Source: an uncultured Chloroflexia bacterium
Lineage (GTDB): Bacteria; Chloroflexota; Dehalococcoidia; UBA2979
Length of the DNA stretch: 64,000 nucleotides
Direction: 5' to 3'
NCBI GenBank assembly: GCA_963728205.1
Contig: CAVSIV010000001.1
Coordinates: forward strand, 160,001 to 224,000
Shown here: positions 29,792-38,995 of the stretch, piece by piece
Layout of the letters: the number at the start of each line of letters is the position of its first letter
Numbering within the stretch: the first letter of the stretch is position 1
Translations under genes and position numbers: made by a program
Notes under the pieces: generated by a model
Databases searched by the model: none
What the model was told of the DNA's origin: nothing
What the model saw: only the letters and a program-made list of their open reading frames with translations

Positions 29792-30229
29792 CTACCCCGC
29801 GCCCCGACACTCCCGGCACAGCCCGGGGATCGCGAGGTGCCCCAGGTGCGGCTCGAAGTCCGTCTGCTCCTCGATCGCGCGCACAAGGTCCGCGAGCACG
29901 CGACGGTCCAGCGGCAGCTCCGCGCCGCACCGCATGCACACCAGGTGGTGGTGCGGCGCGTGCTGGTCGACCCATGAGTATGTCGTGCGCGACCGCGGCG
30001 CGTCGATCTTCGCCACGAGCCCGCTCTCGCGCAGCGTGTTCAGCGTGCGGTACACGGTCGGCAGCGCGATCGCGCTGTGCGCGTCGTCCGTCGCCAGCGC
30101 GTCGTGGATCTCCTCGGCGGTGCGGTGCCCGCCGAGGTGCCGCAGCGCGACGGCGATCTTCAGGCGCGGCGTGGTGACGCGGCTGCCGGCGGCGCGCAGC
30201 GCGGCGACGGTGTCGGCTTCGCAGGTCAC
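29792..30229 (-). CDS. Fur-family regulator (possibly nickel-responsive Nur type)
   Basis: RVTTPR, TVYRTL, HHHLVCMRCG, GLCREC; divergent from a Ni-type ECF operon. Confidence 0.88.
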   Translation of the reverse strand: MTCEADTVAALRAAGSRVTTPRLKIAVALRHLGGHRTAEEIHDALATDDAHSAIALPTVYRTLNTLRESGLVAKIDAPRSRTTYSWVDQHAPHHHLVCMRCGAELPLDRRVLADLVRAIEEQTDFEPHLGHLAIPGLCRECRGAG

Positions 30230-30249
30230 GGGATGCGCCGGGCGGCCCG

Positions 30250-30311
30250 ACCCACAGCGGCGGCATCTCTGCCGCCGACCGGTCGGCGGCAGAGATGCCG
30301 CCGCTGTGGGT
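30250..30311. repeat. Perfect 62-bp palindrome made of two family A arms
   Basis: ACCCACAGCGGCGGCATCTCTGCCGCCGACC followed by its exact reverse complement, no spacer. Confidence 0.95.
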
Positions 30312-30354
30312 GCTCGGCCGCCGTGTTTCGTCGCATCGCGGCCCATACACTACA

Positions 30355-30368
30355 TGCGAATAGTTGCA
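30355..30368. promoter_or_regulatory. Putative Fur-family operator
   Basis: TGCGAATAGTTGCA imperfect palindrome in the fur/nikM intergenic region. Confidence 0.5.
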
Positions 30369-30433
30369 GGAGCATCCCGGTGCGCCTATGGTGCGCCGGC
30401 CCGCCCGCGCGCGGCGCCGTGAGCGAGGTTCGC

Positions 30434-31771
30434 ATGCACATCCCCGACGGCTACATCAGCCCCGCCACCTCGGGCGCGATGTACGTCGCGGCGCTTCCGT
30501 TCTGGGCCGTCGCGACCGTCCGCGTGCGCCGGACGCTCAGCGGTCGCACCGTGCCGCTGCTCTCCATCTTCGCGGCCTTCGCCTTCGTGATCATGATGTT
30601 CAACATCCCCGTCCCCGGCGGCACCACCGCGCACGCCGTCGGCGGGACGCTCGCCGCGATCGTGCTCGGACCGTGGGCGGCCGTGATCACCACCTCCGTC
30701 GCGCTCGTGATCCAGGCGCTCTTCTTTGGCGACGGCGGCGTCACCGCCATCGGCGCGAACTGCATGTCGATGGCGATCGTGCTGCCGCTCGTCGGCTACG
30801 CCGGCTACCGGATCGTCGCCGGCCGCGCGCCGGCGCTGTCGCAGCGCCGGGTCGTCGCGGCGGCGATCGGCGGCTATGCCGGCATCACCGCCGCCGCGCT
30901 CGTCGTCGGCGTGCTGCTCGGCATCCAGCCGCTCTTCTGGTCGACGGGCGGCGTGCCCGACTACAGCCCGTACAACCTCGCGACTGCCATCCCCGCGATG
31001 CTGCTCGCGCACGCGCTCGGCGCGTCGTTCGTCGAGGCGGCGGTGACGGCGCTCGCCGTGGCGTACCTCCAGCGCAGCTACCCCGAGATCCTGCTGCGGC
31101 GCGTGCCCGCCGCGGACCCGGATGCCGCGGGGGCGGGCAGCCCGTGGCGTCCGGTCGCGCTGGTCGTCGTGGCCGCGCTGGGGATCGCGTTCGTCGCGGG
31201 GCTCGTGAAGGGCGGCGGCGACCTCGCGCGCTGGGGCGGCGTCGACTGGTCGACGGTCGACTGGACGGCGGCGGCGCAGACGGTCGCGGTGTCCGCGGTG
31301 ATCTCGGCGGTGGTGCTGCCGGCGCTCTTCGTCGCGCTGCGGCACGCCGGCGCGTGGCGGCCGCTCGCGCTGATCTTCGTCGGGCTCGTGATCTGGGCGC
31401 CGATCGGGCTGATCGCGCCGGGCGCGGCCTTCGGCGAGGAGGCGAGCGCGACCCAGGCGCAGGTCGACGCCGCGGTCGCCGCGCGCGACGCCGGCAACCC
31501 CGCGCTCTTCGACGCGCTGCCCCAGGTGAACCGCGAGTGCGCGTGCGTGCCGAAGGGCCTCGCCGGCGGGACGTACGCGAACCACGCGCTGTTCTCGGGC
31601 TACGAGGCGCCGTGGGTCTCGCGCGACGCCCCGGCGTGGCAGCAGAACCTCGGGTACCAGGCCGCGGGCGCGCTCGGCATCGCTATCCTGACGGCGCTCG
31701 GCGCGGGGCTCTGGGCCTTCGCCCGCTGGCTCGCGCCGTCGGCGCCGCCCGACTGGAGGAACGCGACCTAG
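30434..31771 (+). CDS. nikM: ECF Ni/Co transporter substrate component, M-N fusion
   Basis: N-terminal MHIPDG (typical of Ni-type), TTAHAVG, QALFFGDGG; extended membrane C-terminus. Confidence 0.85.
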   Translation: MHIPDGYISPATSGAMYVAALPFWAVATVRVRRTLSGRTVPLLSIFAAFAFVIMMFNIPVPGGTTAHAVGGTLAAIVLGPWAAVITTSVALVIQALFFGDGGVTAIGANCMSMAIVLPLVGYAGYRIVAGRAPALSQRRVVAAAIGGYAGITAAALVVGVLLGIQPLFWSTGGVPDYSPYNLATAIPAMLLAHALGASFVEAAVTALAVAYLQRSYPEILLRRVPAADPDAAGAGSPWRPVALVVVAALGIAFVAGLVKGGGDLARWGGVDWSTVDWTAAAQTVAVSAVISAVVLPALFVALRHAGAWRPLALIFVGLVIWAPIGLIAPGAAFGEEASATQAQVDAAVAARDAGNPALFDALPQVNRECACVPKGLAGGTYANHALFSGYEAPWVSRDAPAWQQNLGYQAAGALGIAILTALGAGLWAFARWLAPSAPPDWRNAT

Positions 31772-32667
31772 TGCCGAACGCGAACGCCACCGCCGCCGCC
31801 TCCGGCGCGGCCACGCGTCCCGCGCCCCGTCGCGCGCGCAAGCCCGGCTTCGTCGAGAAGTCGCTCGCCGGGCTGTCCGCCGGCATCGAGCACGCGATCT
31901 TCTCGGAGGCGCACGCGCGGCGCGACGGTTACCTCCAGCGCCGCGACCCGCGCGTGAAGCTGCTCGCGTTCGTCGTCCTCGTCACCGCCACCGCGATCTC
32001 GCGCGACTGGCCGGTGCTGGCCGCGCTCTACGCGGTCGTGCTCCTCGCGGCGGCCGCCTCGCGCATCGAGATGGGGATGCTGCTCAAGCGCACCTGGCTC
32101 GGCGTGCCGGTGTTCAGCGCGCTCGTCGTCGGGCCGTCGATCTTCTTCGTCGGCAGCCACCCGCTGTTCCACCTGCCGCTGGGCTTCGCGACGCTCACCG
32201 CGCGCCGCGAGGGGCTCGCCGCGGCGGCATACTTCGTCGCGCGCGTCGACGTCTCGGTCACGCTCGCGATCACGCTCATCCTCACCACGCGCTGGGCCGA
32301 GATCCTGCGCGCGCTGCGCTTCTTCCGCGTGCCCAACGTCTTCGTGCTGATCCTCTCGATGACCTACCGCTACCTCTTCCTCTTCCTGCACACCGCGAAC
32401 GGCATGTTCGAGGCGCGCAAGAGCCGCGTCGTCGCGCGCACCGGCGGCAAGGAGCAGCGCTGGTGGATCGTCTCGACGATGGGCGCGCTGATGAGCCGCT
32501 CGTTCCGCATGAGCGACGAGGTCTACCAGGCGATGCTCGCGCGGGGCTTCTCCGGCCGGCTGCTCACCTTCGACGACTACGACATGCGCGCGGCCGACTG
32601 GGCGCTCGCCGTCGCCGCCTGCGCCGTCGCCGGCGCGGCGATCGCGGCCGGGGTGGCGCTGCCGTGA
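31771..32667 (+). CDS. nikQ: ECF transporter T component (NikQ/CbiQ)
   Basis: DPRVKL, MTYRY, VYQAMLARGF. Confidence 0.9.
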   Translation: MPNANATAAASGAATRPAPRRARKPGFVEKSLAGLSAGIEHAIFSEAHARRDGYLQRRDPRVKLLAFVVLVTATAISRDWPVLAALYAVVLLAAAASRIEMGMLLKRTWLGVPVFSALVVGPSIFFVGSHPLFHLPLGFATLTARREGLAAAAYFVARVDVSVTLAITLILTTRWAEILRALRFFRVPNVFVLILSMTYRYLFLFLHTANGMFEARKSRVVARTGGKEQRWWIVSTMGALMSRSFRMSDEVYQAMLARGFSGRLLTFDDYDMRAADWALAVAACAVAGAAIAAGVALP

Positions 32668-33509
32668 CGACCCCCGCGCCGACGACCGTCGCCCCCGCCA
32701 TCTTCGAGCTCGACGACGTGCGCTTCGACTACCGCGGGCAGGTCGCGCTCGACGGCGTCTCGCTGACGATCCGCGAGGGCGAGCACGTCGCGCTGCTCGG
32801 CGCGAACGGCTGCGGGAAGTCGACGCTGCTCAAGCTGCTCGACGGCCTGCTCGCGCCGACGGGCGGCACGCTGCGCGTGTTCGGCGAGGAGGTCGCGACG
32901 CTCGCGGGCGACGAGGAAGCCGGTCACGTGTTCCACCGGCGGGTCGGGCTCGTGTTCCAGGATCCCGACGTGCAGCTGTTCTCGGCGACCGTCGGCGACG
33001 ACGTCGCGTTCGGCCCGCTGCAGCTGGGCTGGCCGCTGGTCGAGGTGCGCCACGCCGTGGAGTCGGCGCTCGGGCAGATGGAGATCCTGCACCTGCGCGA
33101 CCGTGCGCCGTTCGAACTGTCGGGCGGCGAGAAGAAGCGCGCGGCGATCGCGTCGGTGCTGTCGCTGAGCCCCGACGTCGTCCTGCTCGACGAGCCGACC
33201 GCGAGCCTGGACCCGCGCACGAAGTGGCTGCTCGTGAACCTGATCCAGGACCTGGGCAACCAGGGGAAGACCATCGTCACCGCGACGCACGAGCTCGAGA
33301 TCGTGCCGATCATCGCCGACCGCGTGGTCGTGATCGGGGAGGACCGCCGCGTGATCGCCGACGGCACGCCGGCCGAGGTGCTGGCTGATGAGGCGCTGCT
33401 GGTGCGCGCGAACCTGATCCACGAGCACCTGCACCGGCACCTGGAGTTCGTGCACTCGCACCCGCACGAGCCCGGCCACCACGACGGTGCAGGCGAACCG
33501 CCGGCATAA
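32664..33509 (+). CDS. nikO: ECF transporter ATPase (NikO/CbiO), His-rich tail
   Basis: GANGCGKST, VFQDPDVQLF, LSGGEKKR, HEHLHRH...HSHPHE. Confidence 0.92.
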   Translation: MTTPAPTTVAPAIFELDDVRFDYRGQVALDGVSLTIREGEHVALLGANGCGKSTLLKLLDGLLAPTGGTLRVFGEEVATLAGDEEAGHVFHRRVGLVFQDPDVQLFSATVGDDVAFGPLQLGWPLVEVRHAVESALGQMEILHLRDRAPFELSGGEKKRAAIASVLSLSPDVVLLDEPTASLDPRTKWLLVNLIQDLGNQGKTIVTATHELEIVPIIADRVVVIGEDRRVIADGTPAEVLADEALLVRANLIHEHLHRHLEFVHSHPHEPGHHDGAGEPPA

Positions 33510-33533
33510 CGCCGCCGGCCTGCGACACCGCCG

Positions 33534-33702
33534 GCGCGCGGCGCGCTTCAGGCGCGCCGTGTGTAGTACCTGCCCTGTCCCGCGCGCGGCGCGCTTCAGG
33601 CGCGCCGTGTGCAGTGGCTTTCTCTCGGCGAGAGGTCGCCCGCGAGGCGAACCGCGCGGAGGAAGCCACTGCACACAGCCGGCCCGAAGCCGGCCGTGTG
33701 CC
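33534..33702. repeat. Family B units: 48-bp-period direct duplication plus inverted copy
   Basis: GCGCGCGGCGCGCTTCAGGCGCGCCGTGTG at 33534 and 33582; inverted variant about 33662-33702. Confidence 0.85.
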
Positions 33703-33704
33703 GG

Positions 33705-34458
33705 TCAGGGCTCGAACCGGTATCCCACGCGCCGCACCGTGAGCAGGTGTCGCGGATTCGCCGGGTTCGTCTCCAGCTTGCGTCGCAGCCAGTACACGTG
33801 GACATCGACGGTGCGCGTGTCGCCCGAGTAGTCGTAGCCCCACACCGCGTTCAGCAGGGCGTCGCGCGTGAACACCTGGCGCGGGTGCCGCGCGAGGAAC
33901 GCGAGCAGCGCCTACTCGCGCGGCGCCAGCTCCACGACCGCGCAGCGCAGTCGCACCTCGTGCGCGCCGTCGTCGATCGCGATTTCCGGGGCGGCCGCGA
34001 CCGGCGCCTCCGCGCGCGGGGCGGCCGGCTCGCGCGCGCGGCGCAGCACGGTCTTCGACGCGGGTCACCACCTCGCGGACCGAGAACGGTTTGGCGACAT
34101 AATCATATGCGCCGTGCTCCAGCCCGACGATGCGGTCGGCGACCTCGCCGCGGGCGCTCAGGACGAGCACGGGGATGTTCGACTCGCGCCGCAGCACGCG
34201 CAGTAGGTCGAGCCCCGGCATGCCGGGCAGCATCAGGTCGAGCAGCAGCAGGTCCGGGCGGCCGTCGCGCGCGAGGCGCAGGCCTTCGACGCCGTCCTCG
34301 GCGGTCGCGACTTCGTATCCGGCGCGCGCGAGGTGGTACGCGAGCACCTCGCGGATCGCGAGGTCGTCCTCGACGAGGAGGACGCGCGCGGCCGCGTCGG
34401 TTGCGCGCGGAGCGCTAGCGGCGTCGAGGATGGACCGTGACCGCACCGGACGTCCCAT
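33705..34458 (-). pseudogene. OmpR/PhoB-family response regulator with frameshift (about 34056) and in-frame TAG (33914-33912)
   Basis: LLVEDD, DLMLP, KPF receiver motifs; winged helix VFTRDALL...[15 protein letters not shown] in a second frame; start uncertain. Confidence 0.8.
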
Positions 34459-34804
34459 CGACCAGCACGTCGTCGCCCGTGGCGATGGCGGCGGTCGCGT
34501 CGGGCAGCGCGACGACCGCGGGGACGTGCAGCTCGCGCGCGAGCATCAGCCCGCCCGACAGGGTGGCGCCGCGCTCGGCGACGACGGCGCCGGCGAACGG
34601 CAGCAGCGCCGCGAGCTGCGGCGTGATCGCGGGGACGACGAGCACCTCGCCCGGCCGCAGCGACTCGTGCGCGCCGACCCGGGTGAGCACGCGCGCGACG
34701 CCGAAGCAGACGCCCCCGCCGGCGGGCGTGCCGCGCATGCGGACCGTGCGTGGGGGGTCGACGGCGGGTGGGGGAGAGGCGTCGAGCGCGGGCGGATGGG
34801 GCAC
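34415..34804 (-). CDS. Stand-alone PEP-utilising enzyme swivelling domain lacking the phospho-His
   Basis: PGEVLV, GAVVAERG, ARELHVPAVV, VDGTSG; LSGG in place of the xSHA motif; AGAGGAG RBS. Confidence 0.75.
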   Translation of the reverse strand: MPHPPALDASPPPAVDPPRTVRMRGTPAGGGVCFGVARVLTRVGAHESLRPGEVLVVPAITPQLAALLPFAGAVVAERGATLSGGLMLARELHVPAVVALPDATAAIATGDDVLVDGTSGAVTVHPRRR

Positions 34805-34886
34805 GGGGAGCGGCTCCTCTGGCACTGCTGCGCGGTGCGACGTTCGCACCGGCGCTTCGAGCCTACGGTCGAGGAGGAGCGCGACC

Positions 34887-34924
34887 GTGAACGCGCGGTT
34901 AGCGCGGGGAAAAAGCTGGGTTAA
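34887..34924 (-). promoter_or_regulatory. Four Pho-box-like half-sites
   Basis: Minus strand TTAAC, TTTTC, CTAAC, TTCAC at exact 11-bp spacing; CTAACCGCGCGTTCAC matches the pstB2 box at 14 of 16 positions. Confidence 0.7.
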
Positions 34925-34929
34925 CGTCG

Positions 34930-35073
34930 AAGCGGCGGCGGATACGCCGCCGACAGGTCGAGGTCGGTCGCGTCGCGCGGCGGCCCCGCGAGGGGCGGCA
35001 TCGTGCATAGTGGCGCGTCGCCCGGGCGCGCCCGGACGGGGCGTCGACGTCGGCGGCGTGTCTGCCGCCGCTT
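34930..35073. repeat. Family A inverted pair
   Basis: 34930-34954 and 35049-35073; right arm overlaps the TAA of the PCuAC gene. Confidence 0.85.
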
Positions 35074-35608
35074 ACGGGGTGGCGGTGGCGGTGCCCATGG
35101 GCATCGCCATGCCGCCGTAGTCGCCGACCGGCGCGGTGAACGCGACCTTGCCGGCGTGTTCGAACGTCAGCGTCACCTGCACCGTCGCGCCCGGCGCGAG
35201 CCGGCGCTGCAGCGCCGTCATCATCACGTGGTAGCCGCCGGGCGCGAGCCGAACCTCGCCGTGCGCCGGCACCGAGAGCCCGCCGGCCAGGGGGCGCATC
35301 ACGCTGGTCGAGCCCTGCTCGACGGTCTCGTGGACCATTGCGCTGCCGGACGCGTCCGTGGTCACCGCGGTCAGCAGGTCCGCCCTGTCGCCGTCGTTGC
35401 GCACCGTGAAGTAGAGGGCGGCGACGTCGCCGGACGCGGGCGCCGGCACCATCGGCGCGGAGACGGAGATGTTGCCGCTGCGCGCCACCGGCGACGGCGC
35501 CGGCGTGGCCTTCCCGCCGGACCCGCCGCACGCGGCGACCGTCAGCGCGAGCAGCACGCCGCCCGCCGCGGCCCACGCGCGCACCCGCACCGCGCTCACG
35601 CTAGGCAC
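35072..35608 (-). CDS. Copper chaperone PCu(A)C lipoprotein
   Basis: VAAC lipobox; HE...M...PGGYHVM copper motif. Confidence 0.9.
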   Translation of the reverse strand: MPSVSAVRVRAWAAAGGVLLALTVAACGGSGGKATPAPSPVARSGNISVSAPMVPAPASGDVAALYFTVRNDGDRADLLTAVTTDASGSAMVHETVEQGSTSVMRPLAGGLSVPAHGEVRLAPGGYHVMMTALQRRLAPGATVQVTLTFEHAGKVAFTAPVGDYGGMAMPMGTATATP

Positions 35609-36293
35609 CCTTCCACCCCGATTGCACCAGCTTGGTCAGGTCGTGCACCCACTCGGCCTGCGACAGCCCCAGCGGGAACACCAGGTGCGAATGGTTGTCC
35701 TGCGCGAACGCCGTCACCCACGCGGCGTGCGTCACCGCGTAGTCGCCGTTGTCGAGCGGCGTCTTCTCGGCGGGCGGCAGGCCGTCGGCGATCTCCGCGG
35801 CTTGCACCTCCTGCACCGAGCCGGTCAGGCCGATGAAGTTCGTGTCGAAGTGGTCGAGCCACGCGCGGATCACCGGGGCGGTGTCGCGCTCCGGGTCGGT
35901 CGTGACGAAGACGACCTTCACCTTGCTCGCGACGTCCGGACCGGCCGCCTTGAGCGCGGCCGCGATCGTCGCCATATGCGTCGGGCAGACGTCGGGGCAG
36001 TGCGTGTAGCCGTAATAGAGCAGCGTTACGGTGCCGTCGGTCCGGGCCGCGAAGTCGAACGGCTGCCCGGAGGTGTCGGTGAGCGTGAAGCTCGGCTTCG
36101 CGCCGGGCGTCCCGAGGATGCCGGCGTACCAGCCGCCCTCGGGCGACGCCGACGCCGCCGCGCCGCCGGACGGCGACGCAGAGCCGCCGCACGCGGCAGC
36201 GAGCACGAGGAACGCAGCGCACAGCGCGACGGCGCCGAGCCGCGACGCGCGGCCGGACGGGCGAGCGGCGGGCGGACGGGACGTGCGGATCAT
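35601..36293 (-). CDS. SCO1/SenC family copper protein, lipoprotein
   Basis: GYTHCPDVCP, DPERDT, YAVTH. Confidence 0.92.
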   Translation of the reverse strand: MIRTSRPPAARPSGRASRLGAVALCAAFLVLAAACGGSASPSGGAAASASPEGGWYAGILGTPGAKPSFTLTDTSGQPFDFAARTDGTVTLLYYGYTHCPDVCPTHMATIAAALKAAGPDVASKVKVVFVTTDPERDTAPVIRAWLDHFDTNFIGLTGSVQEVQAAEIADGLPPAEKTPLDNGDYAVTHAAWVTAFAQDNHSHLVFPLGLSQAEWVHDLTKLVQSGWKGA

Positions 36294-36397
36294 CGGCGGC
36301 GATCTCCACGGAGCGGCGTGCGGCGAGCCAGTTCACGATAGGTGGGATCGCCCCCGGCCGCTCGTCGTCGGCGCGCGACCGGCCACGCGCGGGGACC

Positions 36398-37300
36398 TCA
36401 GTCCCCGCCGCCGCCCGCCGCCTGCGCCACCTCCGCCGCCAGCGCGCGGTCCAGTTCGCGCCCGCGCAGCAGCGACGGGATCCCGCTCTCCGGCGACAGC
36501 GTCAGCCCGACGAGGAACGTCCCGGTCGCGAGCAGCACGATCGTGCTGCCGGGCGGCACGTTGAGGTGCGCCGCGAGCAGCAGCCCGCCCACGCCCTCCG
36601 CCGCGCCGATCGCCGCGGCGAGCGCCATCATCGTGGAGAGCCGCGTCACGAAGAACCGCGCCGTGGCGGCCGGGCTCACCACCATCGCCAGCACGAGGAT
36701 GTTCCCCACCGTGCGCAGCGAGACGACGATCGTGACCGTGAGCAGCGTCAGCAGCAGCAGGTCGAGCACGACGACCGGGTAGCCCATCGCACCGGCGCTC
36801 GTTGGGTCGAACGCGACCAGCTTGAACTCCTTGTAGAGCAGCGCGACCCCGATCAGCACGAGCACGGTCATCGCCGCCGCGCCCAGGACGTCCGCGCGCG
36901 ACACGCCGAGGATCTGGCCGAAGAGGAACGCGTTGAGGTCCTGCCGGTAGGTGGTCGTGCGGCTGATCAGGAAGACGCCCAGCGCGAACGCGCCGACGAA
37001 GAGCACGCCGATCGCGCTGTCCGCGCTCACCCGCCGCCCCGACGACACCGCGCCGATCGCAAGCGCCGTCGCGACGCCGGAGACGAGCGCGCCGAGAAAC
37101 GTCGGCGCGCCGAGCAGGAACGCGATCACGAGCCCCGGGAACACCGCGTGCACGAGCGCGTCGCCGAAGAACGACCACCCGCGCAGCACGACGAACGTGC
37201 CGAGCACGCCGTTGAGCACGCCCATGAACAGCACGGCCCACAGCGCGTGCTGGATGAACTGGTAGCGCAGCGGGTCGAGGAACGCCTCAACGAGATGCAT
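36398..37300 (-). CDS. znuB: Zn/Mn ABC transporter permease
   Basis: GDALVHAVFPG, AFDP, ABC-3 family pattern. Confidence 0.85.
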   Translation of the reverse strand: MHLVEAFLDPLRYQFIQHALWAVLFMGVLNGVLGTFVVLRGWSFFGDALVHAVFPGLVIAFLLGAPTFLGALVSGVATALAIGAVSSGRRVSADSAIGVLFVGAFALGVFLISRTTTYRQDLNAFLFGQILGVSRADVLGAAAMTVLVLIGVALLYKEFKLVAFDPTSAGAMGYPVVVLDLLLLTLLTVTIVVSLRTVGNILVLAMVVSPAATARFFVTRLSTMMALAAAIGAAEGVGGLLLAAHLNVPPGSTIVLLATGTFLVGLTLSPESGIPSLLRGRELDRALAAEVAQAAGGGGD

Positions 37301-38135
37301 CGTGGTGCACCGTCTCCGCGCTCATGATGAACGGCGCGGCGAGCGCCGACTCGTGGAAGTGCAGCTGCCCGCCGAACGTCGGCTCGAGGTACTGCGGCAC
37401 GAGCGTGTCGCGCGTCGGCCCCGTCGCGATCAGCCGGCCGCCGTTGAGCAGCACGACGCGGTCGCAGGTGTGCGCGGCCGTCTCCAGGTCGTGCGTCGCC
37501 ATCACCACCGTGCCGCCCATCGCGACGCGCTGCCGCAGGATCTCGATCACGCGCTCCTGCGTGCCGGCGTCGACGCCGTTCAGCGGCTCGTCGAGCAGCA
37601 GCAGGTCGGCGCGCTGCACGAGCGCCCGCGCGATGAACGCGCGCTGCTGCTGGCCGCCCGAGAGCTGGCCGATCTGCTCGTTGCGACGGTCGAGCAGGTC
37701 GACCTCGGCGAGTGCCGCCAGCGCGTCCTCGCGGTCGGCGCGGCGCAGCCGCCCGAACCAGCCGCGCTCGCGGTAGCGGCCCATCTCGGCGACTTCCTGC
37801 ACGGTGACGGGGAACTCCCAGTGCACGTCCTCGCGCTGTGCCACGTAGGCGATGCGCGAGCGCGAGTCCGCGATGCTGCGCCCGAAGACCTGGACGCGCC
37901 CGCGTCGCACGCGCGCCAGCCCTGTGATCGCGCGCAGCAGCGACGTCTTGCCCGAGCCGTTCGGCCCGAGCAGCGCCACCATGCTGCCGGCGGGAATCTC
38001 GAGGTCGACGGCGCGCAGTGCGACGCGCCGCCCGAGCACGACCGAGACCGACTCGAGCACGACGGCGGGCGCGCGCGTGGCTCGGGCCGTGGGCGCCCGG
38101 CGATTCGCGGTCGCGTCGCTCGTGGCCTCGTTCAC
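37287..38135 (-). CDS. znuC: Zn/Mn ABC transporter ATPase
   Basis: [33 protein letters not shown]. Confidence 0.88.
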   Translation of the reverse strand: MNEATSDATANRRAPTARATRAPAVVLESVSVVLGRRVALRAVDLEIPAGSMVALLGPNGSGKTSLLRAITGLARVRRGRVQVFGRSIADSRSRIAYVAQREDVHWEFPVTVQEVAEMGRYRERGWFGRLRRADREDALAALAEVDLLDRRNEQIGQLSGGQQQRAFIARALVQRADLLLLDEPLNGVDAGTQERVIEILRQRVAMGGTVVMATHDLETAAHTCDRVVLLNGGRLIATGPTRDTLVPQYLEPTFGGQLHFHESALAAPFIMSAETVHHDASR

Positions 38136-38209
38136 GTCGTCGGATACCGCTCAACCGCGCTCAACCGGCCGGGCGAGGCCCGGCGGCGTGCGAGAAGACG
38201 ATAGGAACG

Positions 38210-38228
38210 ATTGAGACTAGGTGTCAAT
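38210..38228. promoter_or_regulatory. Zur/Fur-type 7-1-7 box upstream of znuC
   Basis: ATTGAGACTAGGTGTCAAT palindrome, closely similar to the boxes upstream of znuA. Confidence 0.7.
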
Positions 38229-38337
38229 TTCGACGAGAAGAACCCGACACGGCCGTCGCATCGACCAATCCGTCTAATCACGAGATCACATGATCGAAAG
38301 GCTCGACCGGGTGGCGCCATGTGTGCATCATGGAAGC

Positions 38338-38967
38338 GTGCTCCGAGAACGCCGACGCACCGCCCCCACGCGCGCCCTCATCGTGGTCGCGCTCGCGGCG
38401 CTCACGCTGCTGCTGCTCGCCGCCTGCGGCGGCGGGTCGTCCGCGGCGACCGTGACCGCGACGACGCCCGTCGCGCGCACCGCGACCCCGGCGCCGCCGA
38501 CCGCGACCCCCACGCCGACGGAGACGCCCTCCGCGACCCCGACCCCGACCCCCGCGTCCGCGCCGGCCGCCGTGGCCCCGACCGAGGGCCACTGGATCGA
38601 CGTCGACGTGACGACGTTCATGGTGCGGTTGATGGACGGGAAGCAAGTCGTGCAGGAGATCGGCCCGATCGCGGTCGGCGCCCAGGTCGATACCGGGGCG
38701 TACGAGTCGACGCAGACCGGCCTCTTCCACGTCTACAACAAGATCGCGCCACTCAGCTACGACGCGCCGTACAAGACCTACATCCAGTGGTGGGTCGGCT
38801 TCGACCCGCAGAAGGCCAACGGCTTCCATTCGTTCCTCGAGGACCAGGACGGCAAGGTCGTGGACGGCTCGACGGGACGCGTCTCGAACGGCTGCATCCG
38901 CACGCCGAACCCGAAGGCGCTCTTCGACTTCGCGGACATCGGCACGCCGGTCTACGTGCACACGTAA
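38338..38967 (+). CDS. L,D-transpeptidase (YkuD)-like lipoprotein
   Basis: LAAC lipobox, PT-rich linker, GFH...SNGCIR catalytic motif, GTPVYVH; start could be 38290. Confidence 0.8.
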   Translation: MLRERRRTAPTRALIVVALAALTLLLLAACGGGSSAATVTATTPVARTATPAPPTATPTPTETPSATPTPTPASAPAAVAPTEGHWIDVDVTTFMVRLMDGKQVVQEIGPIAVGAQVDTGAYESTQTGLFHVYNKIAPLSYDAPYKTYIQWWVGFDPQKANGFHSFLEDQDGKVVDGSTGRVSNGCIRTPNPKALFDFADIGTPVYVHT

Positions 38968-38995
38968 CGGAGCGCGGCCGGGGGTGCGCGGCGCG

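Noticed and set aside
30229-30434. Cobalamin riboswitch upstream of the ECF transporter
   Set aside because: No B12-box-like sequence recognised; the space is taken by the palindrome and a Fur-type site.
33912-33914. Pyrrolysine or amber read-through in the response regulator
   Set aside because: The position is normally Tyr/Phe, the gene also has a frameshift, and no pyl genes are seen.
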